Source of the DNA: Bacteroidales bacterium
GTDB taxonomy: Bacteria > Bacteroidota > Bacteroidia > Bacteroidales > VadinHA17
Assembly (NCBI GenBank): GCA_003141895.1
Contig: PLNT01000036.1
Coordinates: 117,195-181,194, forward strand
Length of the DNA: 64,000 nt
Reading direction: 5' to 3'
Position numbers and translations under genes: made by a program. This document shows positions 28,418 to 36,954 of the stretch, piece after piece. Every line of letters starts with the position of its first letter. Position 1 is the first letter of the stretch. The notes below the pieces were generated by a model. It was given only the letters and a program-made list of their open reading frames with translations. It was not told the origin of the DNA and searched no databases.

Positions 28418-28541
28418 GACTCTGATGTTTTATTCTTTAATATTAGGACCTTTAATACAAAGACACACCCTATTGAGGAAATGTTGCAGGATAATGAATA
28501 AAATCGGTAGGTGGAGGACAGCAATCGGTAAAATGCGTGGA

Positions 28542-28682
28542 GGCCCCCCTGCCCCCCTAAAGGGGGGTAAATTCTCAGTCTTTCAGTATATTCATCAAGG
28601 ATACCGAATTTGTCCCCCTTCCTAGCTTGACGAGGAAAGGGGGACATCCCGATAGCTATCGGGAGCGCAGCGGCAGGGGGCC
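28542..28682 (-). repeat. about 140-nt mosaic palindromic element (inverted copy of 36338-36478)
   Basis: Its reverse complement begins GGCCCCCTGCCGCTGCGCTCCCGATAGCTATCGGGATGTCCCCCT and ends TTTACCCCCCTTTAGGGGGGCAGGGGGGCC. The first 45 nt are identical to 36339-36383. Confidence 0.85.
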
Positions 28683-28710
28683 ACTGAGGGGTTGTCGTAA
28701 CGCCAATTAT

Positions 28711-30108
28711 TTATTTCATTTTCCCTATCAACTCTTTATAACGTTTATCACTCCGGATCATCCCGAACGCTGGATCGGCTTCTACAATTTTTCGTGAAGT
28801 GAAACCATGATTCATAGCTGCAGTTAATGCATCAACCGACTTCTTTGAATTACCAGCCTGAGCCAGGGATTTGGCCAGGTTATAATAGTTATTTGGGTTT
28901 TCACTATCCGACAAGGTGCAGATCTCAAACAGTGAGGCTGCCTGTGAATAATACTTGTTCTTGTAAAATGATGTCCCCTGTTCAGAGCAGAGGATAGAAA
29001 TGAAATTCAGGACTCTTGATGCCATATCTCTGTTTTCAGGAGTACCCTTATCGCAAAGCCGTTTAAGTGCTCTTGTCTCATTTTTACACCAGGCTGATAC
29101 ACTGTCGGGCAATGTACCCGATTTAAAGATCTGACTCAGGTAGTTCAGAAAATTTTCTTTTCTCTCCTGTTCAGTTGCTGTCATTTTATTCCATTTGTTG
29201 ATTGTCTTTTGATATTCAGGCGATTTTTCTGAATCAGTCAGCAACTTTGCCATACGGGAGGCAAAAGGAGTTCCCTGGAAATCTCTTGCGGCAAACCTCA
29301 TGTATCTTATTGCATCAGTCTTGTTCCCAGCGGTAAACATCGAGTTGATCAGGTTGTGTGTTTTATTTTCAACGTACGAAATGAATGTCTGATCGGCTGC
29401 TATTATTTTCCTGTTCATTGTCTGAAGGACTAACCATTCCACAGCGTCAGTGATCAGATCGGGACCGGGCCATTGATGACCCCCGGAGAATGTTCTGAGA
29501 TATGATATCACCCTGGTCCTTTTGTTGAAGAAGTCAGTCAGGTCGAACATTTCGAGATAATTCATATCACGGGTACCGGCAATGCCGTAATATAAGAAAT
29601 CGGAATTTCCTGACGGGACATAATTATTGTCATTAGGCAGGCCGGCTCCGCAACCTATAACGCCGGAGATGCTCCTTTCAATTACGGCAAAGGCCATTGC
29701 GACACGTGATCCTCCTGAAAAACCTGCTGCATAGATCCTTTTGTGATCCACATTGAATCGTTCTTCAACATCCTGAAGCATTGCTGCTGCAGCAGTGAAG
29801 CTATCTCCCATCGATCCGTTGTGGGAATTGTTTGAACAGGCCAAAATAAATCCATATTTTCTGCCTGCTTCAATGAAGGTATTAACGCCGGTTCTTCCCC
29901 TTGCTGCCGGATCAAAAATAAGGATAACCGGCCAGTTCTTTTTATTATCATATTGGGCAGGCAGGTATAGGGCATAACTCTGTCCGGCAGAGTCACGACA
30001 TCTGACTGTATCAGTGATCTGATCTTTGCCAGGCACCTGGGGGAACAGGAGTAATTGAGAAGTGAAGGTCAGCAAGAACAGGTTGAATATTTTTAAGATC
30101 GTTCCCAT
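28711..30108 (-). CDS. alpha/beta hydrolase (esterase/peptidase-like, GFSGG serine motif) with a C-terminal TPR domain
   Basis: 465 aa. The nucleophile elbow is AAGFSGGSRVA. The preceding block is WPVILIFDPAARG. The C-terminus has TPR-like repeats (YYNLAKSLAQAGNSKKSVDAL). Confidence 0.6.
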   Translation of the reverse strand: MGTILKIFNLFLLTFTSQLLLFPQVPGKDQITDTVRCRDSAGQSYALYLPAQYDNKKNWPVILIFDPAARGRTGVNTFIEAGRKYGFILACSNNSHNGSMGDSFTAAAAMLQDVEERFNVDHKRIYAAGFSGGSRVAMAFAVIERSISGVIGCGAGLPNDNNYVPSGNSDFLYYGIAGTRDMNYLEMFDLTDFFNKRTRVISYLRTFSGGHQWPGPDLITDAVEWLVLQTMNRKIIAADQTFISYVENKTHNLINSMFTAGNKTDAIRYMRFAARDFQGTPFASRMAKLLTDSEKSPEYQKTINKWNKMTATEQERKENFLNYLSQIFKSGTLPDSVSAWCKNETRALKRLCDKGTPENRDMASRVLNFISILCSEQGTSFYKNKYYSQAASLFEICTLSDSENPNNYYNLAKSLAQAGNSKKSVDALTAAMNHGFTSRKIVEADPAFGMIRSDKRYKELIGKMK

Positions 30109-30136
30109 TCCCCGAAGATATTAAATTTATTTTAAC

Positions 30137-30216
30137 GGTGCGAAATGCGGGGTGCGAGTTGTGCGGAAGACTACATGACCGCATGACCGCAAGACAATTA
30201 TGGCCTTTACGCACCC
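30137..30216. repeat. composite arrays: GGTGCGNN units (30137-30168), family A reversed (30168-30196), family B forward (30202-30216)
   Basis: CGGTGCGA AATGCGGG GTGCGAGT TGTGCGGA AGACTACA TGACCGCA TGACCGCA AGACAA ... GGCCTTTAC GCACCC. It lies downstream of the stop of the minus-strand permease gene (30236). Confidence 0.85.
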
Positions 30217-30235
30217 TTCCCCCACTCCCGCCTCT

Positions 30236-32614
30236 TTATTCATCCTTCAGAATATCCACCAGTCTCACGCATAAGGCTTTTATTATCTGGTAACTTATGG
30301 TCCCAACAGCAACAATGAGAATCAGAAGTGTAGCGAAAACAAATTCCCAGATCTGCAGATCATACTTATTTGCGCCTGCAGGCAAAACATGGTATACATA
30401 ATAAGCAGCAGGCCAGGCAAGAAGGACAGAGATTAATATCAGCTTTATGAATTCAGATGAAAGCGTCATATACAGACTGGCATGTGAGAATCCCAGTACC
30501 CTGCGGATGCCGACTTCCTTCATCTTTCGCTGTGTAAGGAACAGGATCAGCCCGAATAAGCCTATCGATGAAATTATGATTGTTATAATTGCTGTAAGTG
30601 TCATTATTTTTGAGAAACCTTTCCATGCCTTAAGAGCATTCTCATTTTGTGTAAGGAATTGCATGTTCCTGAACTCAAATGCATCGTTAGGGAAAAATTG
30701 ACTGAATTCATTCTTTACGATCCCCATTGCTTTCTTTTCCTGTCCTCTTGAAAAATTAACCGCATAGACAGCATCACTCATAACCGAATCTTTGGCAAGC
30801 TTGTAGAAGTGTGGCTCATTAGGAGAATACACCGAAAATACAACATAATCTTTAATTACTCCGATTACTTCAAAGTCTTTATTATAGACCTTCATGTGTC
30901 TGCCAACTGCATCTTTCCATCCGAAAACTTTCGCAGCTGTTTCGTTTATCAGACACTTGGATCTGTCAGCCGGAAATTCTCTCGAAAAATTTCTACCGTC
31001 CAGCATTTTTAACCCGAATGTCGGAACGAAATCGTAATTGACATTACTGATTCTCACAAACACTTTTTCGTCGGGTTTTCCACCTTCCCAGTTGAGATCA
31101 TCCCCGCCCGGCAGAATGAATGGAATATAATCTGAAACGCACATATTTTTGATTTCCGGATGTTGCAGCAGTTTCTGGCGTAATGGTTCCAGTGATCCTT
31201 TCTGATCTGTAACAATGTTAGTAAACATAACCGTTTCTGAGTTGAATCCCAGCTCTTTCTTTAGCATATGCTGGGTCTGCCTGTAAATAATGAAGCCAAC
31301 TATCAGCATAAAAATGGATATGCTGAACTGAATTGTTACCAGGGTTTTCTTGAGACTGATTCCATTAGTTTTTTCAGAAATGAATTTCTGCTTAAGAGCA
31401 GCAACCGGATTATAAGAAGAGATGACGTAAGCCGGATGCAATCCTGATAATAATCCTGTCAGAAGTGTGACCACAAAGATCACAACGAGTAACCTCCAGT
31501 CTTTAAAAGTTCCTGAGAAAGTTTCACTTCCTAACATATTGTTCATAGCCGGTATTGCAAGTTGCGCCAGGAAGAGTCCGGTTATTGCAGCAATAAATGT
31601 CAGAATAACTGATTCTCCCATGAACTGTTTCCATAAGCGTTTTTTATTAAAACCAAGCGTTTTCTTAATCCCGATTTCACGGAAACGTGTAGTGGCATTT
31701 GCAGTCTGCAGGTTAATGAAGTTGATCGACGATAATATAAGTATCAGAGCTGAGAGAAATGAAATAAGCCCGACAATAATATACATCGTCTTTTCAAAAT
31801 AGGGGTCTATATATAGCTTTGACATTGGACGCAGGTAAGGATGATGTTCTTTAGTGTATTCCCTGAGAGCGTCATATATTTTATTATCTACTGACGATGA
31901 GCTTGCATGCGGTTTTAACAGTACATAGGTGTAAAAAGAGTATGACTTATATTCTTTTTCATATGTTGACCAGCCGGTGAGAGGTGTGAATATTTTCATT
32001 GGTATTAAAAACGTCGGCCGCCAACTTGATTTCAGAGGAATGTCCTCATAAACTCCTGTAACATTGAAAACAACTTTGTTTTCACCATAAACCTGTTTGC
32101 CAAGAGCATTCCCTCCCGGAAACATACGGTTTGCAACCTCTTTTGACAATACCATTGAATATGGCTGAACAAGGGCATTTGCAGGGTCACCCTCAATGAA
32201 TTTGAAAGTGAAAATATCAAAGACGGTTTGATCAGCATAATAACCGAAACGTGTGAGGAACTGATTCTTTTTGTCGACAGAAAGAAATACTCCGCTTTTA
32301 TTATTGTCACCCACATCGTGCATGAGTGCAATTTTTTCTATTTCAGGAAGATCAACGAGATCTTTCCGGCTTAGAGCTGCAGTTACGCTCCAGGTATGTT
32401 TTATCGTATTCTCCTTCTGGTCCATGAAAAGCTGTAGCCGGTAGATGCGGTCATACTTTTTATTTTGTTTATCGTAGTTGAACTGGTCGGATATAAATGT
32501 GCTGAGCACAACGAAGGCGGCAAACCCGACTGCAAGGTTTGTCAGGATGATGAGATATAAAACTTTATCCCTGGTGATTCGTCTCAGAAGAATATATAAG
32601 GAATGTCTGATCAT
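30236..32614 (-). CDS. ABC transporter permease, FtsX/MacB-type (two FtsX domains)
   Basis: 792 aa. An N-terminal TM helix, a large periplasmic MacB_PCD-like domain and 4 TM helices are repeated twice. This is typical of Bacteroidota MacB-like permeases. Confidence 0.85.
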   Translation of the reverse strand: MIRHSLYILLRRITRDKVLYLIILTNLAVGFAAFVVLSTFISDQFNYDKQNKKYDRIYRLQLFMDQKENTIKHTWSVTAALSRKDLVDLPEIEKIALMHDVGDNNKSGVFLSVDKKNQFLTRFGYYADQTVFDIFTFKFIEGDPANALVQPYSMVLSKEVANRMFPGGNALGKQVYGENKVVFNVTGVYEDIPLKSSWRPTFLIPMKIFTPLTGWSTYEKEYKSYSFYTYVLLKPHASSSSVDNKIYDALREYTKEHHPYLRPMSKLYIDPYFEKTMYIIVGLISFLSALILILSSINFINLQTANATTRFREIGIKKTLGFNKKRLWKQFMGESVILTFIAAITGLFLAQLAIPAMNNMLGSETFSGTFKDWRLLVVIFVVTLLTGLLSGLHPAYVISSYNPVAALKQKFISEKTNGISLKKTLVTIQFSISIFMLIVGFIIYRQTQHMLKKELGFNSETVMFTNIVTDQKGSLEPLRQKLLQHPEIKNMCVSDYIPFILPGGDDLNWEGGKPDEKVFVRISNVNYDFVPTFGLKMLDGRNFSREFPADRSKCLINETAAKVFGWKDAVGRHMKVYNKDFEVIGVIKDYVVFSVYSPNEPHFYKLAKDSVMSDAVYAVNFSRGQEKKAMGIVKNEFSQFFPNDAFEFRNMQFLTQNENALKAWKGFSKIMTLTAIITIIISSIGLFGLILFLTQRKMKEVGIRRVLGFSHASLYMTLSSEFIKLILISVLLAWPAAYYVYHVLPAGANKYDLQIWEFVFATLLILIVAVGTISYQIIKALCVRLVDILKDE

Positions 32615-32651
32615 GACTTTGTTGATTTACGGTGAATAAGCTGTTTTTGTT

Positions 32652-33356
32652 TTACACGACTCTGTTAATCGATTCAAATACTTTCTCAGATCTTTCCATC
32701 ACAAGATTCCCATCGAAAAGGTTAACGATCCTGTGTGCTCTCTCTGCATGATTGAGTGAGTGGGTAACCATAATTATGGTTGTTCCTGCAGCATTCATCT
32801 CCTCGAGGAGCTGCATAACCTGCTCACCATTACTGGAATCAAGGTTACCTGTCGGTTCATCAGCAAGGATCAGTTTTGGGGAAGTGATCAGGGCACGGGC
32901 AATTGCAGCCCTCTGCTGCTGTCCTCCTGAAAGCTGCCTCGGGAAATGACTCCTCCGGTGACCGATCCGCATCTGATCGAGGATCTCTTCAACCCTTACT
33001 TTGCGTTCTGCCATCGGCACCTTCATTGCCAGGAGAGGCAATTCAACATTTTCAAAAATTGTCAGTTCGTCAATGAGGTTGAAGCTCTGGAAGATGAATC
33101 CGATATTTCCTTTGCGCAGGTTCGTTCTTTGCTTCTCACCGAAGCCCGATACATCTATACCTTCGAAATAATATTCCCCCGAATCGGAATTATCGAGGAG
33201 GCCCAGGATATTAAGAAGTGTTGACTTTCCGCAACCCGATGGTCCCATTATTGCAACAAATTCACCTTTGCTGACTTTAAAATTTACTTCGTGAAGGGCT
33301 GTCGTTTCAACCATTTCGGTCCGGAAGATCTTGGATAAATTGACTGTTCGTATCAT
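32652..33356 (-). CDS. ABC transporter ATP-binding protein (MacB/LolD-type)
   Basis: Walker A is GPSGCGKST, the signature is LSGGQQQR and Walker B is LILADEPT. The start is moved to [11 protein letters not shown], because the upstream track codons overlap a sigma54-type promoter. Confidence 0.9.
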   Translation of the reverse strand: MIRTVNLSKIFRTEMVETTALHEVNFKVSKGEFVAIMGPSGCGKSTLLNILGLLDNSDSGEYYFEGIDVSGFGEKQRTNLRKGNIGFIFQSFNLIDELTIFENVELPLLAMKVPMAERKVRVEEILDQMRIGHRRSHFPRQLSGGQQQRAAIARALITSPKLILADEPTGNLDSSNGEQVMQLLEEMNAAGTTIIMVTHSLNHAERAHRIVNLFDGNLVMERSEKVFESINRVV

Positions 33357-33378
33357 AAATTGATTTTTCTTCATAGAA

Positions 33379-33393
33379 GCCAAGTTCATGCCA
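33379..33393 (-). promoter_or_regulatory. candidate sigma54 (-24/-12) promoter for the ABC transporter operon
   Basis: The minus strand reads TGGCATGAACTTGGC, against the consensus TGGCAC-N5-TTGC. The GG-N10-GC spacing is kept with 2 mismatches. It lies about 23 nt upstream of the ATG at 33356 and is divergent from a sigma54-dependent activator gene. Confidence 0.55.
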
Positions 33394-33510
33394 GAAAATT
33401 ACTTTATTGATAATCAGCGATATGAAAAAATACAATTCCATCCCAGGTAAAAAAATTTGACATGAATTCATAAAAAAATTTTACATTTAATTAATATTTG
33501 AACCTGACAC

Positions 33511-34872
33511 ATGAAGAAAAACAAACTTCTTATAGTCGACGATAACAAGGCGCTGTTGAATGCTCTGAGACTATTGCTTAAAGAGGAATTTGAGGTCATC
33601 AGAACAATCTCCGGTCCAAATCAGCTTATTGGCGAGCTGGAAAAAGGTGATTTGGATTTGGTGCTGCTTGATATGAATTTTAAGGCAGGCGTGAATACAG
33701 GAAATGAAGGCTTATTCTGGCTCAGGGAGATAAAAAAGAAAAATCCTCTTGTTGAAGTTGTGATGATTACTGCTTATGGCGATGTTGAGCTCGCAGTAAA
33801 ATCACTTAAGGAAGGTGCGGCAGATTTTGTATTAAAACCATGGGACAACGATAAATTAAAAGCCACACTTGAAGCAGCAGCCAGATTGAGGAATTCAAAT
33901 CTTGAAATATCCAACCTGCGATCAAGAGAAAAACTGTTTAAGCAGGATGCCAACCGGACCACCGGACTTATTACCGGTAAATCAGCCGTTATAAAGGGAA
34001 TAATGAACCTGGTGGATAAAATTGCCGTCACGGATGCCAGTGTTCTGATAACAGGAGAAAATGGAACAGGAAAGGAGATCATTGCCCGTGAGATACATAA
34101 CAGATCAAAACGTGGTAATGAACTTTTCGTTCTGGTGGATCTCAACTCACTGTCTGAATCGCTGTTTGAAAGCGAGCTTTACGGACATAAAAAAGGCTCA
34201 TTTACGAATGCCTATGAGGATAAGACCGGCAGGTTTACGATGGCAGACAAAGGCACATTATTCCTCGATGAAATAGGAAATATACCTGTAAGTCTCCAGG
34301 CGAAGATCTTAACAGTACTACAGACCCGTATTGTTACACCGGTAGGTTCGGTGAAGGAGATACATGTCGATTTCCGGCTTATAAGCGCCACCAACAAAAA
34401 TCTTTCGGCGATGGTCGCTCAGAATCAGTTCAGGCAGGACCTTCTTTTCAGAATGAATACGATACAGATCCATCTTCCCCCACTAAGGGAAAGAACCGAG
34501 GATATTGAAGATCTTGCTTTGCATTATCTTAAGATATATGGAAGAAAGTACGATAAACCTGACCTGGAATTTGCAGAAGATGCAATTGAAAAATTAAGAA
34601 GAAATCCATGGTATGGAAATATCAGGGAGTTGCAGCATACCATAGAGAAAGCGGTTATCCTGTCGGAGGGAGACAGGCTGCGTGCTTCAGACTTTATTCT
34701 CATTGACAGTGACATTGCTCCGATGAATCAGACAGAGACATTTGAGGATATGGAGAGGAAGATGATAATCAGTACATTGAAGAAGAATAATTTTAACCAG
34801 GGGCTGACAGCTGAACAGCTGGGCATCACCAGGCAGACCCTCTACAATAAAATTAAAAAATATGGTGTCTGA
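33511..34872 (+). CDS. sigma54-dependent response regulator (NtrC family: REC + AAA+ + Fis-type HTH)
   Basis: The receiver reads LVLLDMNF...MITAYGD. Walker A is GENGTGKE. The GAFTGA-like loop is GHKKGSFTNA. The C-terminal HTH is AEQLGITRQTLYNKIKKYG. Confidence 0.9.
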   Translation: MKKNKLLIVDDNKALLNALRLLLKEEFEVIRTISGPNQLIGELEKGDLDLVLLDMNFKAGVNTGNEGLFWLREIKKKNPLVEVVMITAYGDVELAVKSLKEGAADFVLKPWDNDKLKATLEAAARLRNSNLEISNLRSREKLFKQDANRTTGLITGKSAVIKGIMNLVDKIAVTDASVLITGENGTGKEIIAREIHNRSKRGNELFVLVDLNSLSESLFESELYGHKKGSFTNAYEDKTGRFTMADKGTLFLDEIGNIPVSLQAKILTVLQTRIVTPVGSVKEIHVDFRLISATNKNLSAMVAQNQFRQDLLFRMNTIQIHLPPLRERTEDIEDLALHYLKIYGRKYDKPDLEFAEDAIEKLRRNPWYGNIRELQHTIEKAVILSEGDRLRASDFILIDSDIAPMNQTETFEDMERKMIISTLKKNNFNQGLTAEQLGITRQTLYNKIKKYGV

Positions 34873-36223
34873 AAAACTCCTTACTTACCGGGCAGGAATT
34901 GTCCTGCTGCTGCTGAATATTATTTCATTTACAGGTGCAGGAATTATGATTGCCGGCGGACACTTTCTTTCTGCTACATTGTTTGTGGTCGCAGGAGGGA
35001 TAGTTATACTGCTGCTTGTAAGGATCTACAACGCAACAAACGAGACAATTACATTCTTCTTTGATTCTCTGCGAAATGACGATACAACACTTCATTTCGC
35101 GACAAACATAAGGAACAGGACTCTGACCCGGTTGTATGAAAGCATGAACCACCTGAACCGCCATTTTCAGGAAATCAGGATAAAAAATGAATATAACGAA
35201 TCGTACTACAAGACATTAATTCAGCATGCATCAACAGGCTTAATAGTACTTGATGCTAACAACAAGGTGGAGCTGATAAACAAAGCGGCATGCCAGTATG
35301 CAGGATTCTCCCCTGAATCTACAAATCTGAATACGCTTATTATAAAGCATCCTGCCTTTTATGAGGCGGTTTGTAATCTTAAGCCGGGGGAGAATGTAAC
35401 ATATAGAAATCTGATTTCAAATAACCTTCAGATACTTGTGTTCAGGGCATCGATGATTACCAGAAAAGATGCAGAGCTCAAGCTTGTTTCCATCCAGGAC
35501 ATCAGGCATGAACTGGAATTCAGGGAGCTTGATTCATACAGGAAACTGATCAGTGTGTTGACTCACGAGATCATGAATCTGCTCTCACCCCTAACCACCG
35601 TTTCAAAGGAGCTCTACTCAATGTTTCGCATCAATGACAGACCCAAAATGCTGTCGCAGATCGACGACAGTACGATAAAGACTGCTGTTACCGGTCTTCA
35701 GCTTATAAATGATCAGAGTAACGGACTCCTTAATTTTGTCAGCAATTACCGGAAGATATCGAAGCTTCCACAACCTGAATTTGCGAAATTTGTTGTTGAT
35801 GAATGGGTGGAGCAGCTTAGAATTGCATTCTCAGGGAAGGTGAGTGAGAATAACATTGTCTTCACAATTACTGCAGATAAGTCATTGAAAGAAATCATTG
35901 CAGATAAAAAGCTTCTTAACCAGGTTATTATAAATCTTATAAACAATTCAGTAGAAGCTCTTCTGGAAAGCACCCAGGACAGGAAGATAAATATGCAACT
36001 GCTGAGAACGCCTCAGAACAATGTAGTCATTAAGGTAATCAATAACGGGCCTCTGATTCCTCCTGAACTGCTTGAAAAGATCTTTGTCCCCTTCTTTACA
36101 ACTAAAAAGAACGGATCGGGTATCGGATTGAGCATTTCACAGGAGATAATGAAATTGCACAACGGTTCCATTACGGCTGTCTCGTCAGAGGAGAGTAAAA
36201 CCTGTTTTATTGTGGAATTCTAG
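34862..36223 (+). CDS. sensor histidine kinase (2 TM, PAS-like, HisKA, HATPase)
   Basis: The H-box is LISVLTHEIMNLLSPL, the N-box is INLINNSVEAL and the G-box is GSGIGLSISQEIMKLHNG. It overlaps the regulator gene by 11 nt. Confidence 0.85.
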   Translation: MVSEKLLTYRAGIVLLLLNIISFTGAGIMIAGGHFLSATLFVVAGGIVILLLVRIYNATNETITFFFDSLRNDDTTLHFATNIRNRTLTRLYESMNHLNRHFQEIRIKNEYNESYYKTLIQHASTGLIVLDANNKVELINKAACQYAGFSPESTNLNTLIIKHPAFYEAVCNLKPGENVTYRNLISNNLQILVFRASMITRKDAELKLVSIQDIRHELEFRELDSYRKLISVLTHEIMNLLSPLTTVSKELYSMFRINDRPKMLSQIDDSTIKTAVTGLQLINDQSNGLLNFVSNYRKISKLPQPEFAKFVVDEWVEQLRIAFSGKVSENNIVFTITADKSLKEIIADKKLLNQVIINLINNSVEALLESTQDRKINMQLLRTPQNNVVIKVINNGPLIPPELLEKIFVPFFTTKKNGSGIGLSISQEIMKLHNGSITAVSSEESKTCFIVEF

Positions 36224-36255
36224 TATCGGTATTCGGCGTGCGGCGTCAGCCGAAG

Positions 36256-36327
36256 CCGACCCCCTGCCGCCTCTCCGAATTGAATTTTGCCTTTTATGAT
36301 GGGCGGCTGTCCCCCAAAAGGGGGACT
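36256..36327 (+). repeat. palindromic module GACCCCCTGCCGC...GCGGCTGTCCCCCAAAAGGGGGACT, long form with insert
   Basis: It has the same ends as the 43-nt copy at 38928-38970, plus an internal segment CTCTCCGAATTGAATTTTGCCTTTTATGATGG. Confidence 0.75.
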
Positions 36328-36337
36328 TAAGATCAAG

Positions 36338-36478
36338 AGCCCCCTGCCGCTGCGCTCCCGATAGCTATCGGGATGTCCCCCTAAAGGACCAATTCGGTGT
36401 CATTAATGAATTAATTAAAACCAGAGTATTTACCCCCCCTGCCTACCGGCAGGCAGGCTTTAGGGGGGCAGGGGGGCC
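36338..36478 (+). repeat. about 140-nt mosaic palindromic element (inverted copy of 28542-28682)
   Basis: GCCCCCTGCCGCTGCGCTCCCGATAGCTATCGGGATGTCCCCCT ... TTTACCCCCCC-[ctgcctaccggcaggcaggc]-TTTAGGGGGGCAGGGGGGCC. Confidence 0.85.
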
Positions 36479-36485
36479 AACTTCA

Positions 36486-36507
36486 GCAAGACTGCAAGAC
36501 TGCAGAC
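36486..36507 (-). repeat. octamer tandem array, family A (reverse orientation)
   Basis: GCAAGACT GCAAGACT GCAGAC. Confidence 0.85.
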
Positions 36508-36552
36508 AATTTTTCACAATAAGATCATTTCAATTCAAATAATTCTTATATT

Positions 36553-36605
36553 TGCATGAATTATCATGCATTAACCTTTAATATGTCACTTAATGACTGA
36601 CATAT
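36553..36605. promoter_or_regulatory. two palindromes in the hipB promoter/start region (candidate HipB operators)
   Basis: The first is TGCATGA-atta-TCATGCA (36553-36570). The second is ATATGTCA-cttaatgac-TGACATAT (36581-36605), and it spans the ATG at 36593. Confidence 0.4.
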
Positions 36606-36952
36606 CATACATAACCATGCAAGCTGCAAGCGATACTGCCCTGCTCAGGACATTAGGAGCTTTTATAAAGCATCACCGGGTACAGCAAAATAAATCTCAG
36701 TCACAACTGGCTAAGGAGGCCGGGATAGTCCGGTCAACGTTGAGTCTTTTCGAGAATGGAGAGAATACAAGCTTAATGGTATTTATCCAGTTACTCCGGG
36801 CTTTAAAACTGCTCCAGCTGCTTCAGCAATTTGAAATTAAAGAGGAACTGAGCCCTCTGCAACTGGCAAAACTTGAATATTCTCCTAAAAAGACAAGGGC
36901 TCGCAAAAAAGATACAGAAAGTAAGAACCCTGAACCTAAATCTGACTGGTAA
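36593..36952 (+). CDS. hipB: HipB-like XRE-family antitoxin/transcriptional repressor
   Basis: The HTH is KSQSQLAKEAGIVRSTLSLFENGE. A disordered basic tail ends in ...KSDW, and E. coli HipB also ends in a C-terminal Trp. The gene sits 2 nt upstream of hipA. Confidence 0.7.
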   Translation: MTDISYITMQAASDTALLRTLGAFIKHHRVQQNKSQSQLAKEAGIVRSTLSLFENGENTSLMVFIQLLRALKLLQLLQQFEIKEELSPLQLAKLEYSPKKTRARKKDTESKNPEPKSDW

Positions 36953-36954
36953 CA

